Assembly: GCA_963801165.1 (NCBI GenBank)
Contig: CAWDDT010000003.1
Coordinates: 1 to 64,000, forward strand
DNA: 64,000 nt
DNA from: an uncultured bacterium
GTDB taxonomy: Bacteria; Actinomycetota; Acidimicrobiia; Spongiisociales; UBA5794
Direction of reading: 5' to 3'
The translations under genes were made by a program, and so were the position numbers. The notes under the pieces were generated by a model. It was not told the DNA's origin. It ran no database searches and saw only the letters and a program-made list of their open reading frames with translations. Positions within the stretch are counted from its first letter, which is position 1; every line of letters begins with the position of its first letter. Below, in pieces: positions 30,356 to 41,247 of this stretch.

Positions 30356-31167
30356 TGGCGTCCCGCGGATGGTGGAAGACGATGACGGCCATCCTGCTGA
30401 CCGCGATCATGCTCTTCCCCGTCTACTGGATGGTCAACGTTTCGCTTACCAATCGCGAGTCGATCCGCAAGAGTCAGCTATTGCCTTTCGACTTCACGCT
30501 CGACCACTACAGAGTTGTGTTGCACGACCAGTTGCCGTTCCTGACGACCAGTCTGGTGGTAGGCATCGGAACGGTGCTCCTCACCCTTCTCATCGCCGCG
30601 CCGGCGGCGTATGCGTTGGCCAAGCTTCCGGTGCCCGGGGGTCGGTACCTCAGCTTCGTCCTCATTGTGGCTCAGATGATCCCGGCGGTTGTGATGGCGA
30701 TGGGCTTCTACTCCATCTACAACCAGATTGGAATCCTGGACACCATTCCGGGGTTGATCCTGGCTGACTCGACCATCGCCGTCCCTTTCGCAGTGATGCT
30801 CTTCACCGCGTTCATTCGTGGCATCCCCAACGAGCTCCTCGGGGCGGCACAGGTAGATGGCGCGTCGTCATGGCGTTGCTTCCGGTCGGTCGTGTTGCCG
30901 CTGTCGCGCAACTCGTCCATCACCGTGGCGCTCTTTGCGTTTCTCTGGTCGTGGTCGGACTTCCTGTTTGCCTCGACTCTTGATCGCGGGGGCGGCGCAA
31001 TGCGTCCGATCACCCTGGGTATCTACAACTACATTGGCGCGCAGAACCAGGAGTGGGGTCCGATGATGGCCACCGCTGTGGTGGCTTCGATCCCCACCGC
31101 GTTGCTCCTCGTCCTCGCTCAGAAATACGTGTCGGCCGGCATCGGCGCCGGTGCGGTCAAGGACTGA
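30355..31167 (+). CDS. Sugar ABC permease
   Basis: IPNELLGAAQVDGA motif. Confidence 0.92.
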   Translation: MASRGWWKTMTAILLTAIMLFPVYWMVNVSLTNRESIRKSQLLPFDFTLDHYRVVLHDQLPFLTTSLVVGIGTVLLTLLIAAPAAYALAKLPVPGGRYLSFVLIVAQMIPAVVMAMGFYSIYNQIGILDTIPGLILADSTIAVPFAVMLFTAFIRGIPNELLGAAQVDGASSWRCFRSVVLPLSRNSSITVALFAFLWSWSDFLFASTLDRGGGAMRPITLGIYNYIGAQNQEWGPMMATAVVASIPTALLLVLAQKYVSAGIGAGAVKD

Positions 31168-31204
31168 CGCGGTCCGGTGAATCGAGCCCCTCGAGGAGAT
31201 AACC

Positions 31205-33262
31205 ATGACAGCTAGCAATCCCTTCGAACCCCGTTCGGACGGTGTTGTATGGCGCGGAGACGGCGAGACCGTCGTGGTCGAAGCTTGGGGGAAGGACTCA
31301 CTACGTGTCCGTGCGACCCGCGCCGGAACGGTCGCAGACACCGACTATGCCCTGCTTCCCCAGCCGAAACAGCCGGCGGAGGTCGTAATCGACGGGAATA
31401 CCGCCGTTGTCGATAACGGTCATATCAGCGCTTTGCTGACTGCGAGGACCGCCGATGACGTCAGTCTCGGGTATGCAGTCAGGACGTGCACCATCGAATA
31501 CCGCGACCGGGAAGGTCGGACGTTGTTGCGTGAGCTGGACTCAGGAGGCTCGCTCAAACTGCAGGCCCGCAAGTACCAGCCGATCGTCGGGGGCGATCAT
31601 CGGATTACGGCGTCTTTCGAACCGAACATGGGTGAGAAGCTCTACGGGATGGGGCAATACCAGCAGGAAGTGCTGGACATCAAGGGAAGCACCTTCGAGC
31701 TCGCTCATCGCAACTCCCAGGCCAGCGTGCCATTCGTGGTCTCGAGCGCTGGCTACGGCTTTTTCTGGCACAGCCCGGCGATCGGCCGCGCCACATTCTC
31801 GACCAACCGAACGGAGTGGGTGGCGGAGTCCGCGATTCAGCTGGACTATTGGATCACCGCCGCCGGGACACCTGCGGAGATCAGCGCGGCGTACGCCGAT
31901 GCCACCGGGCACGTGCCCATGATGCCCGAGTATGGCCTCGGGTACTGGCAGTGCAAGCTCCGGTACTGGAACCAGGAGCAGCTTCTCGAGGTAGCGCGAG
32001 AACACAAGCGCCGCGGGTTGCCGATGGACGTCATAGTCGCCGACTTCTTCCACTGGCCCAAGATGGGCGACTACCGGTTCGAAGAGGAGTTCTGGCCCGA
32101 CCCGGCCGCAATGGTCACCGAGCTCCAGGAGCTTGGCATCGAGCTGATGGTCTCGGTGTGGCCTCAGGTTTCCTTCGAGTCGGAGAACTTCGACGAGTTC
32201 AGGCAGCGCAATCTCCTTGTGCGCACCGAACGCGGGATGGATATCCATATGGCATTCGAGGGGCCGAGCGTCTTCCTGGATGCCACGAACCCTGAGACGC
32301 GCGCCACCTTGTGGGACCTATGCCGAAGGAATTACTACGACCTCGGGATCAAGGCCTTCTGGCTGGACGAGGCTGAGCCGGAGTACGGCGCGTACCACTT
32401 CGACAACTACCGCTATCACCTCGGCTCCAACCTCCAGATCGGCAACCTGTTTCCGCAAGCACTCGCCAGAGCCTTCTACGAGGGTCAGGTCGACGCAGGC
32501 CAGGCGGAGGTCGTGAACCTGCTGCGATGCGCCTGGGCCGGCAGCCAGCGCTACGGCGCTCTGGCGTGGTCCGGCGACATCGACTCTACTTTCGAGAGCC
32601 TGCGGCGCCAGATCTTGGCGGGTATCCACATGGGCGTGGCAGGCATCCCATGGTTCACTACCGACATCGGGGGGTTCCACAACGGGAACATCGAGGACCC
32701 CGCCTTTCACGAGCTGCTGGTCCGCTGGTTCCAATTCGCCACCTTCTGTCCGGTCATGCGGATGCATGGTGACCGCAAACCCGCCGAACCGGTTACCGCG
32801 GTGGACGGGACTCGACGCCTCGATAGCGGCGCAGCCAACGAGCTATGGAGCTTCGGCCCTGAGGTCTACCAGATACTGGCCAGCTACGTCCATCTGCGGG
32901 AGGCATTGCGTCCCTACACTCGTTCCCTGATGGTCGACGCGCATGAGAGCGGTCAGCCCGTAATGCGAGGTGCGTTCTACGAGTTCCCATCGGATCCGTC
33001 AAGCTGGGACCTGGCCGACCAGTACATGTTCGGTCCCGACCTTCTCGTCGCACCCGTGGTCCGGCCTGGGGATAGGTCGCGAACCGTCTATCTCCCGTTC
33101 GGTGCGACGTGGACCAACCTCACCACCGGTGACGTGCTGGACGGTGGACAGTCCGTCACGGTTGCGGCGCCGATCGACGTCGTGCCCGTGTTCGCCCGTG
33201 ATGGGCGTCTCGGTGAGCTCATCGGCAGGGTCGGGATGCCGAACGACACCAAGTCGGTGTGA
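31205..33262 (+). CDS. GH31 glycoside hydrolase (alpha-xylosidase-like)
   Basis: WLDEAEP nucleophile, WSGDI acid/base, TTDIGGF, QYMFGPDLLVAP. Confidence 0.9.
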   Translation: MTASNPFEPRSDGVVWRGDGETVVVEAWGKDSLRVRATRAGTVADTDYALLPQPKQPAEVVIDGNTAVVDNGHISALLTARTADDVSLGYAVRTCTIEYRDREGRTLLRELDSGGSLKLQARKYQPIVGGDHRITASFEPNMGEKLYGMGQYQQEVLDIKGSTFELAHRNSQASVPFVVSSAGYGFFWHSPAIGRATFSTNRTEWVAESAIQLDYWITAAGTPAEISAAYADATGHVPMMPEYGLGYWQCKLRYWNQEQLLEVAREHKRRGLPMDVIVADFFHWPKMGDYRFEEEFWPDPAAMVTELQELGIELMVSVWPQVSFESENFDEFRQRNLLVRTERGMDIHMAFEGPSVFLDATNPETRATLWDLCRRNYYDLGIKAFWLDEAEPEYGAYHFDNYRYHLGSNLQIGNLFPQALARAFYEGQVDAGQAEVVNLLRCAWAGSQRYGALAWSGDIDSTFESLRRQILAGIHMGVAGIPWFTTDIGGFHNGNIEDPAFHELLVRWFQFATFCPVMRMHGDRKPAEPVTAVDGTRRLDSGAANELWSFGPEVYQILASYVHLREALRPYTRSLMVDAHESGQPVMRGAFYEFPSDPSSWDLADQYMFGPDLLVAPVVRPGDRSRTVYLPFGATWTNLTTGDVLDGGQSVTVAAPIDVVPVFARDGRLGELIGRVGMPNDTKSV

Positions 33263-33404
33263 ATGCAGAGGTCGTCGCCTGACCCCGGAAGCGGTCTGCT
33301 CTTTTGAAGAGAGGACGGGCCTGCCAATCAGCTGACCCGCTCGGTAGCATCCGCAGGGTGGTGGGAACGACTCACCCCGGCATCTCATATTGGGAGGGAG
33401 TGCC

Positions 33405-34037
33405 ATGAAGAAGAGGAACCCTCGCAGCGTTCGAGCAGCCTGGTTCAGTGTCATTGTCACGGTCGTGGTCCTGGTGCCGTCGGTGGTGTTGGCATCGCAC
33501 CAATTCGTCGACGTCTCCGACGCCAACGTGTTCCACGACGCCATTGCATGGATGGCCGACAATGGGATCACCGTCGGCTGCAACCCACCGGCGAGCGACC
33601 GGTACTGCCCCGACGACTACGTCACACGGGCGCAAATGGCGGCCTTCATGCAGCGTCTCGCCCAGAAGCAGGTGGTCGATGCCGGCACACTGGATGGGAA
33701 GGACAGCTCCGATTTTATGGGCCGTGGCTACGGGCAGGTACGCGTGGTCGGCATCATCCCGTCCACCATCTATTGGGACATGGAGTTCTCCGGCCCCCAT
33801 CCGGGCTTCATCAGCGCAAGAACACCCAACGGTGGCACCACCTGTCTCAAGCCGGACCCGGCGGTTCTGTCGCTGGATGACGTTATGGGTGGTTTGATGC
33901 AAGATGCCAGCGGCAACGATACGCGGCTCTATTTCAACGGTTCATTCAACTGCGACGACGACGAGGTGGCGGTGTGGCAGAAATCCAATTTCGACGGCTC
34001 GTTCACGAATCAATCGTTCAACATTTTCGTGCCGTAG
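33405..34037 (+). CDS. Secreted S-layer-homology-like domain protein
   Basis: Signal peptide; FVDV..FHDAIAWMADNGITVGCNPP..YCPDDYVTRAQMAAF. Confidence 0.8.
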   Translation: MKKRNPRSVRAAWFSVIVTVVVLVPSVVLASHQFVDVSDANVFHDAIAWMADNGITVGCNPPASDRYCPDDYVTRAQMAAFMQRLAQKQVVDAGTLDGKDSSDFMGRGYGQVRVVGIIPSTIYWDMEFSGPHPGFISARTPNGGTTCLKPDPAVLSLDDVMGGLMQDASGNDTRLYFNGSFNCDDDEVAVWQKSNFDGSFTNQSFNIFVP

Positions 34038-34390
34038 GCCCCACGACGGGTCCGGTCCGCGTTGTGTGTTCCAGATCACCCTCGCCAATTCGCCATGCTC
34101 TCCAAGTTAAATCAATCACGTTTGATGTGTTAAGACATCTATGTCAAACAACGCTGATGTGTATTCATCTGGCGATTGCGTGGTGGTAGTCGCGTCGCAG
34201 GGATCATTTGACGTCGGATACCTGACTCCTGGCAGAAAATCCAGGACGCACAATTCGGTGACCGACCGCCATGCCCCAGGGCGATCCGACGGTCTGGACA
34301 GCTTGTCCCTTGGCTACATCAGAGGCGATGCCGATGTGCTCGAGCGACATGGATAGCGGGGCTCTGGCAGGGGCCATGATGTATCGACTG

Positions 34391-34825
34391 TCACCCCGAG
34401 GGGTTGGTGCGGAAGGCCTCCGCTGCCACGTAGGTGTCGAAGAATTCCTGGAAGGCGATGATCTGGCCGTTCTCCAGTGTTGCGACGTGGACGAAATCTG
34501 ACTCGTAGGTCTTGCCGGTGTATTTGGCCAAACAGCGCATGAACCCGACAACTGCCACGTTATCCTCGTCGTCGGTAAGGAAGAGGCGCGGCTCGAGAGC
34601 GAGTATTTCCTCGGCTTCCCTCCCAATGGCCAGCCACTCGAGGAATCCCTGGTGACCATGCCTCGTTCCGGCTGCCGGGTTGAAAGGGTTGTCTGGCTCG
34701 CCCCATGTCACGTCAGGGCTGAGCATCGCGAGCATTGCATCGACGTCGGCTCGGGCAAAGGCGGTGTACATCTCCTGGACGACCGCGACATTTCGGTTTG
34801 CGTCGGAGGGTCGGTTTGAGTCCAC
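34391..34825 (-). CDS. NTF2/SnoaL-like protein
   Basis: NVAVVQEMYTAF...FQEFFDT. Confidence 0.8.
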   Translation of the reverse strand: MDSNRPSDANRNVAVVQEMYTAFARADVDAMLAMLSPDVTWGEPDNPFNPAAGTRHGHQGFLEWLAIGREAEEILALEPRLFLTDDEDNVAVVGFMRCLAKYTGKTYESDFVHVATLENGQIIAFQEFFDTYVAAEAFRTNPSG

Positions 34826-34985
34826 GGCTGCCCGCCTTTACTTTCTCTCGCGAACACGTCTTCAAGACCGGTCGAATGGCCGCCCGACACAGACAGCTTG
34901 ATGATAGCGGCCGGCATGAGAAGGGTTCATTGCGCCTTCCAACAACTTCACGGCCGAGCGGACACCGGTCGCCGGCACGATGGAG

Positions 34986-37338
34986 TCAGCCCACGTACTC
35001 GGCGAGATGCTCGCCGGTGAGGGTCGAACGAGCTGCCACCAGGTCGGCCGGGGTGCCCTCGAACACCACCCGGCCGCCGGCGTGCCCGGCACCGGGACCG
35101 AGGTCGATGATCCAGTCGGCGTGGGCCATCACCGCCTGATGGTGCGAGATCACTATGACCGACTTGCCCGAATCTACGAGCTGGTCGAGAAGACCTAGCA
35201 GGTGGTCGACATCGGCGAGATGGAGCCCATTGGTCGGCTCGTCGAGTACGTAGATCCCACCCTCCTCGGCCATCTGGATGGCCAGCTTCAAGCGTTGGCG
35301 TTCGCCTCCAGAGAGGGTTGTCAGCGGCTGACCGAGGCTCAGATAACCGAGCCCGACATCGGCCATCCGCGTAAGGATTTTGTGGGCGGCCGGTGTCTTT
35401 GCCTTCCCGTCGCCGAAGAACTCCAGCGCCTCGGTGACAGGCATGGCGAGCACCTCGCTGATATCGCTGTCCGGCGAGCTTGTACTCCAGCACGGACGTG
35501 TCAAAGCGCTTTCCCTCGCACTCCTCGCAGGTGGTTGCGACTGTGTCCATGAAGCCGAGCTGTGTGTAAATGACCCCGGCCCCGTTGCAGCTGGGACAGG
35601 CACCGTCGGAGTTCGGGCTGAACAGGCCCGCCTTCACTCCGTTGGCGTTGGCGAACTGCTTTCGTATCGAGTCGAGCATCCCGGTGTAGGTGGCCGGGTT
35701 GCTGCGTCGCGAGCCACGGATCGGGGTTTGGTCGACCGCAACCACACCGTCCCGGTTCGACACAGAGCCGTGGATCAGTGAGCTCTTCCCGGACCCGGCA
35801 ACGCCGGTTACCACCACCAGGATTCCGAGGGGGATGTCGACATCGACATCCTTCAGGTTGTGAGTGCCGGCGCCGCGCACTTCGAGCACCTGCGAGGAGG
35901 TACGCACCGATGGCTTGAGCGCTGCCCGGTCGTCGAGGTGGCGTCCGGTGATCGTGTCGCTGGCACGCAACTCATCGACCGAGCCCTCGAACACAATTTC
36001 GCCGCCCCCGGTGCCCGCACCGGGCCCGAGATCGACGACGTGATCGGCGATCTCGATCATCTCCGGCTTGTGCTCGACAACCAGGACCGTGTTGCCCTTG
36101 TCGCGCAGTTGCATCAGAAGGTTGTTCATCCTCTGAATGTCGTGCGGGTGCATCCCGATCGACGGCTCGTCGAAAACATAGGTGACGTCGGTGAGGGCGG
36201 ACCCGAGATGGCGGATCATCTTGGTTCGCTGTGCCTCGCCGCCCGATAGCGTCCCCGAGGCTCTGTCCAGTGACAGGTAGCCGAGGCCGATCTCGACGAA
36301 TGAGTCGAGGGTGTGCTGGAGGTTGGCAAGCAGTGGCTCGGCCGATGGTTCGTCCAGATCTTCCAGCCAGGCCGCCAGGTCGCTTATCTGCATAGCGCAA
36401 GCGTCGGCGATGTTGATACCGTTGATCTTCGACGAGCGGGCGGCCGCGCTGAGTCGTGTCCCGCCGCAGTCGGGGCAAGCCGTGAAGGTGGCTGCCCGAT
36501 CGACGAAATCTCGGATGTGTGGCTGCAGCGAGTCGGGGTCTTTGGAGAAGAACGACTTCTGGATCTTCGGTATCAGCCCCTCATATGTGGTGTTGATCCC
36601 CTTCATCTTGACCTTGGTCGGGTCTTTGTAGAGGAAGTCGTTGAGCTCTTTCTTGGTGTACTTGTTGATCGGCTTGTCAGGGTCAACGAAGCCGGACTCG
36701 GTGAACGACCGCACCATCCAGCCGCCTGCCTTGTAGCCGGGAATGGTGATGGCGCCGTCGTTGAGCGACTTGGAGTCGTCGTATAGGGCGGTCAGGTCGA
36801 TATCGGAGACCGTGCCCCGGCCTTCGCACCGCGGGCACATGCCGCCCTGATAGACGGCCTTGCGGACCACGATCCGCTCTCCCTTGCCTTTGTCGACGGT
36901 CATCGCGCCGCTTGCCGTGCGTGTCGGAACGTTGAACGAGAACGCGACGGGCGAGCCGATGTGGGGCTTCCCGAGCCTGCTGAACAGGATGCGCAGTAGT
37001 GCGTTGGCGTCGGAGGCTGTGCCCACCGTGGAGCGCACATCACCCCCCATCGGCTGTTGATCGACAGCAATCGCGGTCGTCAATCCCTCGAGAACGTCGA
37101 CCTCGGGTCGTGCCAGCGAGGGCATGAAGCCTTGCACGAAGGCGGAGTAGGTCTCGTTGATCATCCGCTGCGACTCTGCGGCGATCGTGTCGAAGACAAG
37201 TGAGCTCTTTCCGGAACCCGACACTCCCGTGAAGACCGTCAACCGGCGTTTGGGGAGCTCGACGCTGACGTTTTTCAGATTGTTGACCCGTGCCCCGGTT
37301 ACGCGGATCAGGTCGTGGCTGTCTGCCGCGTGCGTCAT
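34986..37338 (-). CDS. Class II UvrA-like ABC ATPase (UvrA2/DrrC-like; +1 frameshift near 35467)
   Basis: Two Walker A motifs (GVSGSGKSS, GVAGSGKSS), LSGGE x2 and CxxC Zn motifs; about 780 aa, shorter than canonical UvrA. Confidence 0.88.
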
Positions 37339-37748
37339 GACCGGGAGGTGGGTGGCTGATCGATGCGGACGAGGTTGCCGGAAGGGTCGCGTACGGCAAA
37401 GTCGCGCGTGCCCCACGGCTGGTCGGCGGGCTCGGACACGATCTCGGCGCCTGCGTCCCGTACCTTCTCGAACGTGGCGTCGAGGTCGTCGGTGTGGAAG
37501 TGGACACCGTTGAGGGCGCCTTTGGCTACGAGGGTGGTGACCGCCTCGTTATCGGCAGGGCTGCCGTTCAGGTAATTGGTGAGGACGATCGAGACGCCTG
37601 GCTGGGATGCAGAACCTACGGTGATCCACCTCAATTCCCCGCGGGCGACGTCGTTGCGCAACTCCAGACCAAGGCCATCCCTGTAGAAGGCGAGGGCCTG
37701 GCCAGGGTCCGCCACTATTACGAAGCACTGAGAGAGTGTGATATCCAT
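37335..37748 (-). CDS. VOC family protein
   Basis: AFYRDGLG, DQPWGTRDFAVRDPSGN. Confidence 0.88.
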   Translation of the reverse strand: MDITLSQCFVIVADPGQALAFYRDGLGLELRNDVARGELRWITVGSASQPGVSIVLTNYLNGSPADNEAVTTLVAKGALNGVHFHTDDLDATFEKVRDAGAEIVSEPADQPWGTRDFAVRDPSGNLVRIDQPPTSRS

Positions 37749-37758
37749 GCCTGCAAAC

Positions 37759-38199
37759 CTACAGAGCGGCGGCCCCGTGCGCTTCTCCGATCCTGCTCGG
37801 TTTGCGCTTTGGGCGAGTGAGATCTCTGGCGATGCAGCCCGGCACGCCCGCAAGCACGCTGTGGTCGCGGGCCCGGTAGGCCGACGGGGTCTCGCCCACG
37901 ATCTCGGTGAAACGTGCGCTGAACGAGCCGAGCGAGGTGCACCCGACGGCGAAACAGACATCGGTGACCGACATGTCGCCGCGACGGAGCAGCGCCTTCG
38001 CCCGCTCGATTCGCCGTGTCATCAAGTAGGAATAGGGCGTCTCCCCGTAGGTAGCACGAAACCGCCGCGAGAAATGTGCAGCGGACATCAGCGCTTCACG
38101 AGCGATGGCTGCGACATCCAGCGGCCGGTCGTACTCGCGGTCCATCAGATCTCGAGCCCGGCGTAGATATGCGAGGTTGGCTAGGTCCTCAGACGTCAT
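37759..38199 (-). CDS. Stand-alone AraC HTH regulator
   Basis: RRARDLMDREY, YGETPYSYLMTRRIERA, VGCTSLGSFS. Confidence 0.9.
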   Translation of the reverse strand: MTSEDLANLAYLRRARDLMDREYDRPLDVAAIAREALMSAAHFSRRFRATYGETPYSYLMTRRIERAKALLRRGDMSVTDVCFAVGCTSLGSFSARFTEIVGETPSAYRARDHSVLAGVPGCIARDLTRPKRKPSRIGEAHGAAAL

Positions 38200-38337
38200 T
38201 ACCTCAGGCTAGCGGCGGGCCGGGAATGCGACGGGCGTGGGCGAGCGGCCGTGTACGAATCCGGGGTAGCGAGCCTTGGACGCTCTCGTCACGCACCGAC
38301 CGCCACTCCTTCGGACCGGTTCGCCGGGGGCGCTAGG

Positions 38338-39648
38338 TCAGACTGGTTTTGGTGGAGGAATAGTGGAGCTGTCGCCGCTTTTGGCCCGTGCTTCGATCCT
38401 TGCCAGTGCCCGGTAGGCCAGGATTCCACTGGCCAGCGTCGCCACCCCGCCCAGACCGAGGGCGATCCGCGCTCCGAACTGCTCGCCGATCCACCCGACG
38501 ATGGGCCCCCCGATCGGTGTGGATCCGAGGAATGCAACCGCCCACAGGGCCATCACCCTGCCCCGCATGGCGGGATTCGCCGCCAGCTGCAGCGTGGCGT
38601 TGCCCAGGGCGAGGAATCGAATGGAGGCGGCTCCAAGGAGGATCATGATGGCGTAGCAGATGGCCAGAGTCGGCGCCATCGACGTCAGCATCTGGATCGA
38701 CCCGAACACGATCGCCGTCCAAGCTAGTGACGTTGCCGGCTTACGCCCTCCGGCGGCGGTGGCCAAACCCCCGACGACGGCTCCGATACCGGTCAGCGCC
38801 GACATGGTGGCGTATGTTCCGGCATCGCCGCCGAAGGTGAACTTGGCGAGGAGCGGCAACACCACCTGATACTCGTAGGCGAGGGTGCCGACTATTGCCA
38901 GCATCACCAGTGGGACCAGCACCTCCGGCGTGTTCCTCACGTAGCGGAGACCCTCCCGGAGCTGGCCCGGTCGTCGCGTCTGGGAGGGCGCCCGTAGCAA
39001 ACGGGCTGGGTTCATGAGAGCGAGGGCGATCAGCACGGCACCGTATGACAGGCCGTTGATGAAGAAGCAGGGGGCAAGTCCGATGGTGACGATCAGGGCA
39101 CCGGCGAAGCCCGGACCGATCACCCTGGCGACATTGACGACCACCGCATTGAGACTGACCGCATTCGTGAGGTCGTCGGGACCCACCATCTCGTGGATGA
39201 AGGTCTGGCGGGTGGGGTTGTCCACCACCTGTACAAACCCGAGTGCCACGGCCAGCAAGTACACCATCCACACGGTGACGACGTCGGTGGCGACCAGCAG
39301 GCCGAGAATGCCCGCGAGCACCGCCGGGATGGCCTGGGTGGCAATCAGCACGCGTCGCTTGTCGTACCGGTCGGCAAGAACGCCGCCCCACGGGCCCAGC
39401 AGCAGCAGCGGGAGGAACTGGAGCGCCGAGACCACGCCAAGAGCCGTCCCGCTTCCCGTGAGCTCGAGCACGAGCCACGATTGCGCCACGCGCTGCATCC
39501 AGGTGCCTGAGAGCGAGATCACCTGTCCGATGAAGTAGAGCCGGTAGTTCGGGATCCGCAGCGACGAGAAGATCCGGGTGACCGCCTCGAGACGCGACGA
39601 GCGCCGATCGTCCGTCGACTCACCGCGTGATTCTTCGGATGACCTCAT
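38338..39648 (-). CDS. MFS transporter (MFS_3 type)
   Basis: GTWMQRVAQSWLV, GVLADRYDKRR, MRGRVM. Confidence 0.9.
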   Translation of the reverse strand: MRSSEESRGESTDDRRSSRLEAVTRIFSSLRIPNYRLYFIGQVISLSGTWMQRVAQSWLVLELTGSGTALGVVSALQFLPLLLLGPWGGVLADRYDKRRVLIATQAIPAVLAGILGLLVATDVVTVWMVYLLAVALGFVQVVDNPTRQTFIHEMVGPDDLTNAVSLNAVVVNVARVIGPGFAGALIVTIGLAPCFFINGLSYGAVLIALALMNPARLLRAPSQTRRPGQLREGLRYVRNTPEVLVPLVMLAIVGTLAYEYQVVLPLLAKFTFGGDAGTYATMSALTGIGAVVGGLATAAGGRKPATSLAWTAIVFGSIQMLTSMAPTLAICYAIMILLGAASIRFLALGNATLQLAANPAMRGRVMALWAVAFLGSTPIGGPIVGWIGEQFGARIALGLGGVATLASGILAYRALARIEARAKSGDSSTIPPPKPV

Positions 39649-40137
39649 TCGTAGATTGTCCCGACGGTCATGCGTTCGTGGTGGTGCTCGGGGATTGTGG
39701 TCCTGGGGCGCGGCATATGCGCCATTGTGGTTCCTGCGGAGGCCGTTTGTGGCATCTGCATCGAGAGCCGACTCCGGAGAGCCTCGACCCCGGGCGGCCT
39801 CGAGCGCTCCAGGACGAGCTGAAACCACGCCCGACATGACCATCCCGTTGGCGAAGGGTCAATGCCGGGCGGCCCGAACTCGCAACGAGACGGTCGCCGC
39901 AGAGTCGGTGATCGCGACGATCCGGTCGGTCGGGAGCGTCAGCTCGTCTTGCGCCAGTTGACTTTGACCACCATCGTTGCCCTCCTTTGGATGGTTGTGG
40001 GGCGAGGCTTCGACGGGTTAGCTGATCCCATCGTGTCGCTTGGTAACGATGCGCTTCGTGAGATCTGATTGGGGCAGGATTGTCTTCATCGATACGCCAT
40101 GACGCCGGGCGGGTTGGTGCGATGTAGGGTGTGCGCC

Positions 40138-40770
40138 ATGCCGAGCTTCGACGCCATCACCTCATTTGCCGCCGTAGCGTTCGTCGTCATTGTGATCCCC
40201 GGGCCGAGCGTGTTGTTCATCATCGGTCGGGCGCTGGCACACGGTCGCCGGGTGGCGATCTTGTCGGTCCTGGGCAATGCCGCAGGCGTGTTAGTACAGG
40301 CGCTGGCCGTCGCCATCGGTCTTGGTGCCATCGTGGCTCGCTCGATCACCGTTCTGACGGTGCTGCGTCTCGTCGGCGCCGCATATCTCGTGTACCTCGG
40401 CGTAGAGGCAATCCGTCACCGGAAGGCGCTCGCAACTGCAGGAACGACGTCACCGGGAAGCGAGGCAGGACAGCGTCTCCGACAGGGGTTCGTGGTCGGT
40501 GTGTCGAACCCCAAGGGCTTTGTCTTGTTCTCAGCGATCTTGCCGCAGTTCGTCGACACCGCAATCGGCCACGTCTCGGCCCAGATGGTCTTGTTCGGTG
40601 CGGTTGCGGTCGCGATCGCGGTGATTAGCGATTCCGTGTGGGCGCTCGTCGCGGATTCGGCACGGCGCTGGTTCGCTCGATCGTCGTACCGCAGCGACCT
40701 CATCGGTGCGACCGGCGGGGCGATGATGATCGGACTCGGCGTTCACCTTGCGGTGTCGGGCCGTCGCTAG
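40138..40770 (+). CDS. LysE/RhtB family exporter
   Basis: IPGPSV, GAAYLVYLG, SNPKG. Confidence 0.9.
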   Translation: MPSFDAITSFAAVAFVVIVIPGPSVLFIIGRALAHGRRVAILSVLGNAAGVLVQALAVAIGLGAIVARSITVLTVLRLVGAAYLVYLGVEAIRHRKALATAGTTSPGSEAGQRLRQGFVVGVSNPKGFVLFSAILPQFVDTAIGHVSAQMVLFGAVAVAIAVISDSVWALVADSARRWFARSSYRSDLIGATGGAMMIGLGVHLAVSGRR

Positions 40771-40821
40771 CACGAGCGATGAGGCGCAGCTGAGCCGCCC
40801 CGATTCGCGCAACGGGTACCG

Positions 40822-41238
40822 TCAGTCGGTATTCGTGTGGGGCTGGACAATGCGAAGCGCGTTGCCAAAGGGGTCTCGAATCCCGATGTCGATGCCGTAG
40901 AACTGCTCAACGGGCTCTTGGGTGATGTCGACGCCTTGTGCCGCCAGTCGCTCATAGAGGGCACGGCAATCGTCGGTACGGAACCCGAGCCAGCCTCCGC
41001 CGGCGCCCTTGGTGACGTTGGCCCTCACCTTGTCCGCGGTCAGCTCGTCCATTGCCGGTGGCCCCGGAACCTCGAGCAGGATCTCCCGGTCCTCGTCGGG
41101 AACGCCGACCGTCAGCCAGCGCATGAAGCCCATGTCGATGTCGTTCTTCACCTCGAGACCGAGCACATCGACGTAGAAGTCGAGAGCCTCCTGCTGGTCG
41201 AGGACATATATCGATGAGAGGTTTGTGTTGGTAAGCAT
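40822..41238 (-). CDS. VOC family protein
   Basis: ALDFYVDVLG, YGIDIGIRDPFGN. Confidence 0.9.
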   Translation of the reverse strand: MLTNTNLSSIYVLDQQEALDFYVDVLGLEVKNDIDMGFMRWLTVGVPDEDREILLEVPGPPAMDELTADKVRANVTKGAGGGWLGFRTDDCRALYERLAAQGVDITQEPVEQFYGIDIGIRDPFGNALRIVQPHTNTD

Positions 41239-41247
41239 GTCCTGAAT

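Noticed and set aside
34986-37338. Canonical uvrA, or programmed frameshifting
   Set aside because: Short class II type in an AraC-VOC operon; no slippery sequence at the shift.
39860-39990. Leader peptide MVVKVNWRKTS behind a strong RBS
   Set aside because: No attenuator structure seen; could equally be a frameshifted gene relic.
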